A stretch of 26,168 nt of DNA from a virus (Duplodnaviria > Caudoviricetes), in IMG/VR virus record IMGVR_UViG_3300016467_000186, positions 1 to 26,168 of that record, one strand, 5' to 3'. The translations under genes were made by a program, and so were the position numbers. The notes under the pieces were generated by a model. It saw only the letters and a program-made list of their open reading frames with translations. It did not search any database and was not told the origin of the DNA. Below are positions 1 through 7,826 of this stretch, in pieces. Numbering within the stretch: the stretch's first letter is position 1; each line of letters opens with the position of its first letter.

Positions 1-135
1 GATGCCGCTTCATATCTTGCCTTTGCCGCGCAATTCTCAAATCCTGAGCCGACCGAGAAAATGCCTGCCGTTACTCAATTCAATCTTGAAGCCGTAAAGA
101 TGAAGATGGCTGATGCAATGCAGGAGAAGAAATGA
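1..135 (+). CDS. Partial CDS (5' end outside window), DUF6378-like phage protein C-terminus
   Basis: Frame 1 is open from base 1 (DAASYLAFAAQFSNPEPTEK...QEKK*), TGA at 133-135 overlapping next ATG (ATGA). DAASYLAFA resembles the DxxxYxAxxxE end motif of DUF6378. Confidence 0.5.
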   Translation, partial: DAASYLAFAAQFSNPEPTEKMPAVTQFNLEAVKMKMADAMQEKK

Positions 136-326
136 TTGAAAAAGATTGGAGCGATGTTGAAACCATAAATCAGTTAAAAGCTGAAATCATTGAATTACGC
201 CACGCATTAAAATGTGTGGTAACTTATTGGAATGAATGGAAAGATGCTCCAGATGGTGATCCAGTTGCACTATCACTGTTCGAAGTTGTTTTAATTGCTC
301 AATCAACATTGAATGGAAAGAAATGA
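132..326 (+). CDS. Hypothetical protein, 64 aa
   Basis: AGGAG SD at 122-126; ATGA overlaps at both ends. Confidence 0.75.
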   Translation: MIEKDWSDVETINQLKAEIIELRHALKCVVTYWNEWKDAPDGDPVALSLFEVVLIAQSTLNGKK

Positions 327-712
327 CTAATTTCTGGAAACAATACGCAATAAACGTAAGAAGGAACCTAGAAATGTTCTATAAGAAATATGCGAATAAA
401 TATTATTCGGGAGAGATTCAGTTTGAATTTGAGGAATTGGAATTCGTAGTTGAAGGAAAACCGTATTACGGAAACGGAACTGCGATTATCAATTACGAGG
501 CTGAATCAGATGATTTCGGTCGGTTATTCGTGAAAGATTATGAAATATATCAAATCCATGATGCTGATGCGACCGATTACGATGGACACGATGTTCCAGT
601 TTCAAAGGAGATGATTACTGAGATTGCAAAAGTCATAGATGACACTCCTCGAAGGCAAGAAGCGATCTATGAAAAAATCTTCGAGGATATCGATTGGTCT
701 AAGCGAGATTGA
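323..712 (+). CDS. Hypothetical acidic protein, 129 aa
   Basis: ATGA coupling to upstream ORF; converges on the endolysin with a 14-bp 3' overlap. Confidence 0.75.
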   Translation: MTNFWKQYAINVRRNLEMFYKKYANKYYSGEIQFEFEELEFVVEGKPYYGNGTAIINYEAESDDFGRLFVKDYEIYQIHDADATDYDGHDVPVSKEMITEIAKVIDDTPRRQEAIYEKIFEDIDWSKRD

Positions 713-1304
713 TGAAATTAGCGTATGATCCGGCGAGTTTCGTGTCATACGCATTTTTCGCATAAGCGGGACCGTTATAACCCTTGGCGAATGCCGCCCA
801 ATCCTTCGCCTTCAGCTTGTCGAGCAATCCCGCAGATTTGATAAATCCTGCCATATGCCGGAGCTGATTTGCTTCCGATTCCATAGCTTCCGCGACCATG
901 TTCTCAACCGAGTCGCACCCTGTCATTTTCCAATTTGATCCCATGATCTGCCCGAGGCCCCAACTGGTCGCCATTAGAGCCGCCTCAGGCCGCATTTCAT
1001 AAGCCGCTTCGATCTCCGCATACACCGCATCCGACCCTTTTGGATAAGGCCGTTCGCCCCATTTAGGATAGGCCAATCCTGCCGCCGCCGCTTGGTCGAG
1101 AAGGACAGGATCATCCTTGATAAATTTATAGAAATAATGCCGCTCAAAAAGCGCCTTAGGCCGCCCTGATTTATCGAAGCCACTACCACCCGTCTCGACC
1201 GCAAGAACCGCTCTCAGAGCCGCTAATTCAACGCCTATGGCATCCGCAATCACGCCGATATCCTGAAGCGTCATTTTGAGCGCAGTTCCTTTGAATCCGT
1301 TCAT
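699..1304 (-). CDS. Endolysin, N-acetylmuramidase (DUF3380 family)
   Basis: Motifs AVETGGSGF, ALFERHYFY, SWGLGQIMGSN, WAAFAKGYNGPAY..NAYDTKL; GAGG SD; no cell-wall-binding domain apparent. Confidence 0.9.
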   Translation of the reverse strand: MNGFKGTALKMTLQDIGVIADAIGVELAALRAVLAVETGGSGFDKSGRPKALFERHYFYKFIKDDPVLLDQAAAAGLAYPKWGERPYPKGSDAVYAEIEAAYEMRPEAALMATSWGLGQIMGSNWKMTGCDSVENMVAEAMESEANQLRHMAGFIKSAGLLDKLKAKDWAAFAKGYNGPAYAKNAYDTKLAGSYANFINLA

Positions 1305-1308
1305 TTCC

Positions 1309-1839
1309 TCAGTCCTTATTCGGCGTTGAGTTGTAGATCATCTGATCTTTCTTCTGGCTACCAGATGATGAGCCAAAATAAAACGCGATAATGCCACCCC
1401 ATGCGGTTTGTAATGCTCCAAGCAAGAGCAGGAGCGCTTCGTTACCCGTAGTCGGCAGACCATAGACAAGCATATAAAGCAGGATCGCAAAAAAGCCGAC
1501 CGTGACCGAGACAGCCAAAGCGCGAGGAATCCAATCTTTTGTTTCCTTCTGCATATCCCGCGCAGATGCTCGATCTCCTGCCGCGATCCGTTCAAGATCG
1601 ATATCAAGAGCCTTCATCTGAACTGCGAAATCAGAATCAATCTTTTTCAGAGCCGCAAGCTGATCGCCTGTCGGATTGGCGAGTGCGGTCATAATATCAT
1701 CTTTGCTTGCTTCATCGTGTCCGAATAAAGCGCCGCTCAGAGCCTTTACTGCCATCCCTGCCACTGGTCCCCCGAGAGCGGTTGCAATCGTAGGAGCCAC
1801 CGATCCGATCAATGGTCCGAATGTTTTGAGAATATCCAT
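1309..1839 (-). CDS. Holin-like membrane protein (3TM/GTA-holin type)
   Basis: APTIATALGGP N-terminus, DRASAR motif, two C-terminal hydrophobic segments, FYFGSSSGSQKKD tail; directly upstream of endolysin. Confidence 0.75.
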   Translation of the reverse strand: MDILKTFGPLIGSVAPTIATALGGPVAGMAVKALSGALFGHDEASKDDIMTALANPTGDQLAALKKIDSDFAVQMKALDIDLERIAAGDRASARDMQKETKDWIPRALAVSVTVGFFAILLYMLVYGLPTTGNEALLLLLGALQTAWGGIIAFYFGSSSGSQKKDQMIYNSTPNKD

Positions 1840-2114
1840 CAGTCATCTCCGTGGTTTTTATGACCCTTTGAGGCAAGCATAATACCGGAAAGCGTTCCGG
1901 TCAGGAAAGTTGCTATTGGTGCTATAAGTTTGAAGAACTCTCTATCATTCGGTGCTTGAACATCGACAGGCTGAGTGACGAATATGAGCGAATATAAAAC
2001 CGCAAAAACGGTTCCTGTGAGCGTGATACAGAGGCTAATCCCAATGATAAACTGAAGTAGAGCGTGCAGATCATTCTCGTTTATTCGCTTCCTTCTGTGG
2101 TGATGATGCCGCAT
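1839..2114 (-). CDS. Two-TM membrane protein of the lysis cluster (start re-called at 2114, MRHHHHRRKR)
   Basis: Basic N-terminus, TM FIIGISLCITLTGTVFAVLYSLIFV, QAPND loop, second TM LIAPIATFLTGTLSGIML. ATG at 2114 reduces the overlap with the lipoprotein gene. Confidence 0.65.
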   Translation of the reverse strand: MRHHHHRRKRINENDLHALLQFIIGISLCITLTGTVFAVLYSLIFVTQPVDVQAPNDREFFKLIAPIATFLTGTLSGIMLASKGHKNHGDD

Positions 2115-2287
2115 GGATTCTTTTGCAATCTCTTTATCAACTCGTTTGAGCAAGTCCCTGTCGCTCGGCATTTTGGCTCCCGACATTCCTCATTCTCCCA
2201 ATTTGCAGGGTCTTGGCAAGCATAGCGATATCGATCTTCGCATCCGATCAGCATAATCGAAATAATCGAAACGACCAGAAACCGCAT
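2081..2287 (-). CDS. Small Cys-rich lipoprotein (o-spanin candidate)
   Basis: Signal peptide MRFLVVSIISIMLIG followed by lipobox Cys (LIG-C); mature part has five further Cys; GAGG SD upstream. Confidence 0.75.
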   Translation of the reverse strand: MRFLVVSIISIMLIGCEDRYRYACQDPANWENEECREPKCRATGTCSNELIKRLQKNPCGIITTEGSE

Positions 2288-2288
2288 C

Positions 2289-2753
2289 TTAGCCTCGAAG
2301 CGTTAAAACCAGACCGACGACTCCGATCCCGACAATAATGAACAGAACGATCCCGCCAATCATCAGCAAGTCCTTCTGTGCTTCTTCTTTTTCCTTCAAG
2401 GCAATCGCCGCTTGCCGAGCCGCCTGTTTGCGCATCTCGATCACCTCTCTCTGGATATTATCCCAAGCCGCCGGACCATACCGCGAAATGAATAGGTTCT
2501 TCACTTCGAGCGCCATCTGATGTGCTTTTTTCTTTGCCGCAAATAGTTTGACCGCCTCAGCCTCGAAATCAGCTTGAGATTCGAATAGTTTCCGCTTCCG
2601 AGGAGTTGCCGCAATCTGCGTGATTTGAGCGACTTTGGAGAACAACCCACCGAGTTTCTCGGCAGTCTCCATAACATCAGAACCCGCATCGACAGCGGAT
2701 TTTATGCCATTATAGAGCGCCGTTGCTCCCGCAAGGATGGTGAAAGGGTCCAT
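2289..2753 (-). CDS. Helical protein with C-terminal TM anchor
   Basis: MDPFTILAGA start, charged helical middle, hydrophobic C-terminus LLMIGGIVLFIIVGIGVVGLVL; AAGGA SD. Confidence 0.8.
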   Translation of the reverse strand: MDPFTILAGATALYNGIKSAVDAGSDVMETAEKLGGLFSKVAQITQIAATPRKRKLFESQADFEAEAVKLFAAKKKAHQMALEVKNLFISRYGPAAWDNIQREVIEMRKQAARQAAIALKEKEEAQKDLLMIGGIVLFIIVGIGVVGLVLTLRG

Positions 2754-2757
2754 AGCA

Positions 2758-3474
2758 TTATTCCTTCACCAGAAGCCCATTCACATAGACCGTAAATTCA
2801 TTCGTCGATGACGAGGATTTGCATTGAAACTCGAAATCCGTCTTTTCAGGAATCTTGAACGGAACTGGCGGCTCATATTTCAACTGCGATGTGACGAAGG
2901 TTGTTTCAAAAAACCTCAATGTCGGACCATTGAAGAATCTTAAAACTGCGCGACCAAACCCGTATTTGTTCGCGTTAATCGTGCCGGATGTAAGATCGAT
3001 CTGAGTCATATAGAACGTATGCCCTGCCGGAACCGTATACACTGTGGATTGCTGAACGCCATAGGTTGCCGAAATATGACCGTAAGTCGTTCCGCCATTG
3101 GTGAAACTGATCTCTCCGACATTGCTACCCGTAACGAGTTGAAGATCATTGATTCGCAGGAAGGATTTTGTGGTTGTAACGGGAGTTAACCCCGCAAGCG
3201 TGATCTGCTCTGTGATTGGCATATAAGAGCCGTCCAGACCCGTAATCAGGACAGCCATAGTATCAGCCGCAGAAGTGGAAACTGCCGTCAGAGCGACCGC
3301 TGAGGCAGGATAGGCATAAAGACCGCCGCCATTGTCCCAGATTGTTTCGTAAGTGATGCCAACATCGCTGTTAAAAGCAAACCGATGAACGCCTGAGCAA
3401 TCAGGATGAATCCCGCGAACCGCATCCAGATAAACATTTCGGCTCGAGGAGCCATTCAGGACTTGGATCGCCAC
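2758..3474 (-). CDS. Hypothetical beta-rich protein, probably virion-associated, 238 aa
   Basis: GTG start with AAGGA SD; Thr/Gly/Ser-rich, lies in tail fibre to lysis junction. Confidence 0.7.
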   Translation of the reverse strand: MAIQVLNGSSSRNVYLDAVRGIHPDCSGVHRFAFNSDVGITYETIWDNGGGLYAYPASAVALTAVSTSAADTMAVLITGLDGSYMPITEQITLAGLTPVTTTKSFLRINDLQLVTGSNVGEISFTNGGTTYGHISATYGVQQSTVYTVPAGHTFYMTQIDLTSGTINANKYGFGRAVLRFFNGPTLRFFETTFVTSQLKYEPPVPFKIPEKTDFEFQCKSSSSTNEFTVYVNGLLVKE

Positions 3475-3480
3475 CGGATA

Positions 3481-3669
3481 TCAGTCCTTTTTCTTGATCT
3501 TCGCAAGCCACCCTTGGAAGGTTTTGGTTTCATAAATTCGAATTATCGACCAAATCAAAGAGAATAAAGCCGCCAAAGCAGGTAACGCACCCCATAGGGT
3601 TCCTATAACTGTCGTAATTGAGGCAATGTCGAGCATCGTTTTTGCGTGTTCGTCGATATAATCTAACAT
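3481..3669 (-). CDS. Small holin-like membrane protein (start re-called at 3669)
   Basis: GGAGG SD then ATG at 3669; hydrophobic core, IRIYETKT motif, basic C-terminus. Confidence 0.7.
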   Translation of the reverse strand: MLDYIDEHAKTMLDIASITTVIGTLWGALPALAALFSLIWSIIRIYETKTFQGWLAKIKKKD

Positions 3670-3720
3670 TTCAGCCTCCAATTTATGCCAGTTTTACCCT
3701 AGATTTGCCGTCGTCAAAAG

Positions 3721-4182
3721 TCAGGAAATTACAGGAGCATTCGGATCGAGAGGCCATGTCAGGCTCGTTGCCACCGAAACAAACGCATCGAAATCAGCCG
3801 CGCCATTCAAGTTTGCTTTATGCGCTGTCGCCGCTGTCCGAACTGCCGAGCGATATGTCAGCCAATCCGCAGGAATATCCGTTCCGACTTCCTGTTTCCG
3901 AACCACCATCCAATCACTCGGTTGAAGAAGCGTATAAGCCGTTTGATCGACCTGAGCCGTCCAAGTTTTCTTGAGATCAGCTAAATCCTTCGGAACACCG
4001 TGACCATTTGAATCAACCCAATAGAAACGATCATCAGGCCGCACCGGATCAGCCACCTCTGTAATCCCAAGTGCTTCCTTATCAGCCTGTGATGAAAGCC
4101 GAAGCCAGTTCGATGGATATTTCACACCATTGTAGGTGAAGGCTACATCGATCTGTAATGGTGAACCGTGAAGAAGAAACAT
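3721..4182 (-). CDS. Tail fibre assembly/accessory protein
   Basis: AGGAG SD; YPSNWL, DDRFYW, LLQPSDWMVVRKQE...WLTYRSAVR, terminal WP motif typical of genes following tail fibres. Confidence 0.7.
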   Translation of the reverse strand: MFLLHGSPLQIDVAFTYNGVKYPSNWLRLSSQADKEALGITEVADPVRPDDRFYWVDSNGHGVPKDLADLKKTWTAQVDQTAYTLLQPSDWMVVRKQEVGTDIPADWLTYRSAVRTAATAHKANLNGAADFDAFVSVATSLTWPLDPNAPVIS

Positions 4183-4190
4183 GATGACTC

Positions 4191-7184
4191 CTATCGAGCG
4201 CGAGAAAGGTTAAATGGATTTTCTGCAAAACAAGCATACACATAAGAATTTCCATTATTATTTATGCCACCATATTGACCAGTCCCGCGCAATTTGAATC
4301 CATTTGATAAAGCATCAATAGAATATGTTGCATCTGTTTGTTCAGCGCTAGATGAACTTGGTTGCAAATATGTTGACATAACATTGTATGTCATTCTTGA
4401 TGAATCCCATTCAAGCCAGTTAGATGTCTCAACCGTTGATTTAATCAAAATGTAACGAGGCCTAAAGCCCGTGTAGATCATAGGCCCATCGCTCGAACCA
4501 TTTCCCGTATATTTCCCAAAGGCCGAAAAACCCGCGACTGCGGAGAAGCAGTAGGCGACGAAATTTCCCGATCCATTTGATTCACTACCACCTGTCCCAA
4601 GACTGAATACTGTAGAAGTAGGAGCAGTGCTATTCCATAAGGTTGGGAAACTACCCTGTGCATCTGTTTTGTTAAGATACAACGCATAAGCGGCACTTGT
4701 TAGATTTGCGTGATAAACAGGCCACGAAACAACAGAACTTCTATTTTTTACAATAATCATGCTCGGCGCAACACCAAGACCATGTCCTACAGTCGCGTTA
4801 GCACCCGTTCCCGTATAAGTAACAATACTAAATCCCGCTGTCGTATTAGCGGATACAGTAGATGTGATAGTGCCGGAGTTGTTAGTGACAGCAGTGCCGC
4901 CACCTTTCCATGCCCAATCCACATACGTCTGGCCAGAACCAGCGTTGTTAACTGTTGAATCTGATGAAGTTCCAAGCGTGTATCCGTTTGTGTCAAATGA
5001 CATCAAACCCTGTGTCTCAGTGCTCTCTGCATCGGTAGCGTTAGATGACAACACCTTGTTTGCACCACGCGCTTTGTCTAACAGTTTGTGGTAGTAAGCA
5101 TTTGTTCTGGATTTAATCCATACAAAATCAGGTGCAAAGCGATAACTGCTAATTGCAACAGATGCGCCAGTGCCAGCACGAGTCACAATGTCAAAATTAT
5201 TTGCACCATTAGCAATGCTTGGAGCAGGGAGATTGTATGTGTTTAGTGCTTTGTAGCCTGATGGTGGTGTGTAGGAGAATGGGCGTTGACCGAAGTTGGC
5301 ATTAACATCAATTCTATTGACGCTATCATTGTATCCTTCGACAAAGAACATAGCCGGAGCCGTTAAAGACGTTCCACCAGTTCCAGCCGCAGGGTCTCCA
5401 GTAAACGTCCCATTGGTTCCAAACCAATACAACCCATTAGTAGCATCATACGCAATTTGAACAATGCTTGCTGGAGCAACTTGGGTATATGCACTAGTAA
5501 AATTAGAAGCAATATAATTGCCACCATTGTAGTTAAACGTAAAATTATTAGTCAATCCAAATTTAGTTGACCCACCAGAACCGCTTGCATAATTAGCAAT
5601 AAACTCTGCGTAGTATTTTCCAGACTGCATTGCCATTGTAGAAAATGCGTATGAAAAAGAACCAGGCGATCCAGCACCGCTAGTTGTAGTTGTAAGTTTA
5701 AGATTGCCATCTACAATCGTAGCTGGAAGTGACGATGTGGAACGATTAAGTGGATTCAACACCGCATAATTAGACGAACTTGCACTCACCGTAGGCGAGT
5801 CAATCATGCTGTCGTAGGTTGTGCCAGCCGTCAGCGAGATGTTGTTAGGTGTCCAGTTATTTACATTTCCAGAATAATCAGCCGCAATGTCAGGATCAGC
5901 AAAAGGAGTTGCCGCAGACATAGTGACAGAACCAGTGTTTGTAATTGAAGTGCTATTACCGCTATTATCAACCACAGTTGCGCTTTGAAGCGTCAATAAA
6001 ATAGAGCCACTGATGGCAGATAATGGAGCCGCAGAAGGTATAAAATTAGATGTATATACTGCTGTATTTGCTAACCTTAAGTTGCTCATAGAGGCATTAA
6101 GAAACTCTTGCGTATTATCAAGGCTACCAATGTAAAAACTGGTTGCACTAAAGTTTGTTGATACTGTAGCAGTTGCTCTGGCAATACCGTTTAGATACGC
6201 CGTAAGAGTTGTTCCATTTCTGACAAATGCAATGTGTTGCCATTGGTTTGTTTTCATTACTCCTGCGACATCAATTTGACGCGCACTTGAAGAATAGAAA
6301 ACTAAATTACCGCTAGCATCAGTGCCAATGTTGAACCCACCCGCGCCGCGAGTAATTGCAAACCATGTTTGATAGTTTGTTAAAGTATTTTGTCTTACCC
6401 AACCTTCAATTGTAAAATTGCCAGAACCAATTGCAGAAGCAAGAGTTCCACTCAAAGATTGAGAAGAGCCATTAAATCCACCCGCATAAGATGAAGTAGC
6501 GCTTAACGAGAACGGCAAATAGAACCCATTAGTTCCATAGGTTCCACTGTATTTCTTTGGTTGCCATACGCCATTAGTGTCGTATGCGCCGAATGAGGAT
6601 GGGGTTAAGGCTTGGCCGTCGATGAAGTTTACTTCGGCAAGGTAGCCGTCAAAATAGTTTGTTGTAGAACTATAACGACCAATTGTATGAGATACAGTAT
6701 TGTTTACAAGAGCTGACGTATTTTGTGTTGGATAAGAAGATGTTCCAAATGCAGTGACTTCTACACCATTTACATATAATCTCATTCTATTTGATGAGGT
6801 TGCGTCAGTTGTATTCCATACTGCTACAATGTGATACCAAGCTGAAGGATCACGGTAAACAGGAGTAGAAACAAGATTTCCGTTAAGAGCAGAACCCGTA
6901 TAATATACAAACCTTAATGTGTCTGCTGTTGCACCTGTGTTGCCTTCAAAAACAATATCTAAAGTTTCTAAACCAGAAACTGCTGAAAACAATCCTTTAC
7001 TTGTTGTTGTAAGTAATCCGCGTTTTACCCAACCACTCCAAGTCCAAGTAGTCCGATTAGATGCACTCGCAGGCGTTCTATTCAAATACGCACTTGCAGA
7101 CGAGCGGAAGCGGAGAGAGCGGCCTACGGTGTAGCCGCCCAATGAACCAAGCATGAGGTTATTAACTTCTACAGGAAGTCCCAT
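4191..7184 (-). CDS. Receptor-binding/tail fibre protein with two ConA-like lectin (LamG) domains, a SPRY-like domain and C-terminal repeats, 997 aa
   Basis: TWTWSGWVKRG, RDPSAWYHIV, YFDGYLAEVNFIDGQAL; second LamG FTIEGWV...WQHIAFVRNG; SGKYYAEF...ANFGQRPFSY; repeated FSIVTYTGTG/FGKYTGNG units. Confidence 0.85.
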   Translation of the reverse strand: MGLPVEVNNLMLGSLGGYTVGRSLRFRSSASAYLNRTPASASNRTTWTWSGWVKRGLLTTTSKGLFSAVSGLETLDIVFEGNTGATADTLRFVYYTGSALNGNLVSTPVYRDPSAWYHIVAVWNTTDATSSNRMRLYVNGVEVTAFGTSSYPTQNTSALVNNTVSHTIGRYSSTTNYFDGYLAEVNFIDGQALTPSSFGAYDTNGVWQPKKYSGTYGTNGFYLPFSLSATSSYAGGFNGSSQSLSGTLASAIGSGNFTIEGWVRQNTLTNYQTWFAITRGAGGFNIGTDASGNLVFYSSSARQIDVAGVMKTNQWQHIAFVRNGTTLTAYLNGIARATATVSTNFSATSFYIGSLDNTQEFLNASMSNLRLANTAVYTSNFIPSAAPLSAISGSILLTLQSATVVDNSGNSTSITNTGSVTMSAATPFADPDIAADYSGNVNNWTPNNISLTAGTTYDSMIDSPTVSASSSNYAVLNPLNRSTSSLPATIVDGNLKLTTTTSGAGSPGSFSYAFSTMAMQSGKYYAEFIANYASGSGGSTKFGLTNNFTFNYNGGNYIASNFTSAYTQVAPASIVQIAYDATNGLYWFGTNGTFTGDPAAGTGGTSLTAPAMFFVEGYNDSVNRIDVNANFGQRPFSYTPPSGYKALNTYNLPAPSIANGANNFDIVTRAGTGASVAISSYRFAPDFVWIKSRTNAYYHKLLDKARGANKVLSSNATDAESTETQGLMSFDTNGYTLGTSSDSTVNNAGSGQTYVDWAWKGGGTAVTNNSGTITSTVSANTTAGFSIVTYTGTGANATVGHGLGVAPSMIIVKNRSSVVSWPVYHANLTSAAYALYLNKTDAQGSFPTLWNSTAPTSTVFSLGTGGSESNGSGNFVAYCFSAVAGFSAFGKYTGNGSSDGPMIYTGFRPRYILIKSTVETSNWLEWDSSRMTYNVMSTYLQPSSSSAEQTDATYSIDALSNGFKLRGTGQYGGINNNGNSYVYACFAENPFNLSRAR

Positions 7185-7187
7185 TTA

Positions 7188-7826
7188 TCACCCGATGTTA
7201 GTAATCAGTTGTGCCGCGATGCTTGTCGATGAACGGACGGTATAGACCAGAACATCCACCGCATTTGCCGTTGTCGTGAGCGTAGGAGCCGTTTGAGACG
7301 GGAAGTCCCAATAGGATGAATAGGCCAGTGTCCGGCTACCAGTGCCATCCTGAGTGATGAAGATGATACCAGACTGACCCGCTGTGAGGTTCGTAGGATT
7401 GCCGAGCGTCCGGTTGCCACCAAGGGTTACCGAAAAGTTATTACCGACTGACATATCGACCGCGATGGTCGAGGCATCTGTCAGAGTGTCGATTGACATA
7501 TAAGCGTTTCCGCTTGCGACCATTGTTCCTGAGAACGTGTTCGTTCCTGATAGAGTATTTGAACCCGTTAAACTTGGCGTATTTGCAAAGCTAGAAACAG
7601 CATCCGTTGTTTGGTTCAACGTGACAATCGAAATCCATGCATCGTTGTCCTCGTTTCTAATCTTTAGAATATCGTTCGCCGTGTCATACCAAAGCTGATT
7701 GGCGTAAGTCGTCGATGGAGCCGTAGCACCTGACGAAAGCGAAGCTAAAGCCTGTAATCCATCGTTTAGATCGGATCGGAAGGCCGGAAAGCCTTGATTC
7801 GAGATAATGAAATCATGCTGAGACAT
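7188..7826 (-). CDS. Short tail fibre/adaptor protein
   Basis: N-terminal FPAFRSDLN..LQAL...APSTTYANQLWYDT attachment motif; C-terminal ITQDGTGSRTL...PTLTTTANAVDVL beta domain. Confidence 0.75.
   Translation of the reverse strand: MSQHDFIISNQGFPAFRSDLNDGLQALASLSSGATAPSTTYANQLWYDTANDILKIRNEDNDAWISIVTLNQTTDAVSSFANTPSLTGSNTLSGTNTFSGTMVASGNAYMSIDTLTDASTIAVDMSVGNNFSVTLGGNRTLGNPTNLTAGQSGIIFITQDGTGSRTLAYSSYWDFPSQTAPTLTTTANAVDVLVYTVRSSTSIAAQLITNIG

Noticed and set aside
2115-2186. N-terminal extension of the two-TM protein nested in the lipoprotein gene (Rz/Rz1-like embedding)
   Set aside because: Likely an artefact of longest-ORF calling; ATG 2114 gives a compact basic-then-TM protein, and topology and order do not fit Rz/Rz1.
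4191-7184. Diversity-generating retroelement target or invertible fibre cassette
   Set aside because: No reverse transcriptase, invertase, TR/VR pair or long inverted repeats seen in the window; elements elsewhere in the genome cannot be excluded.
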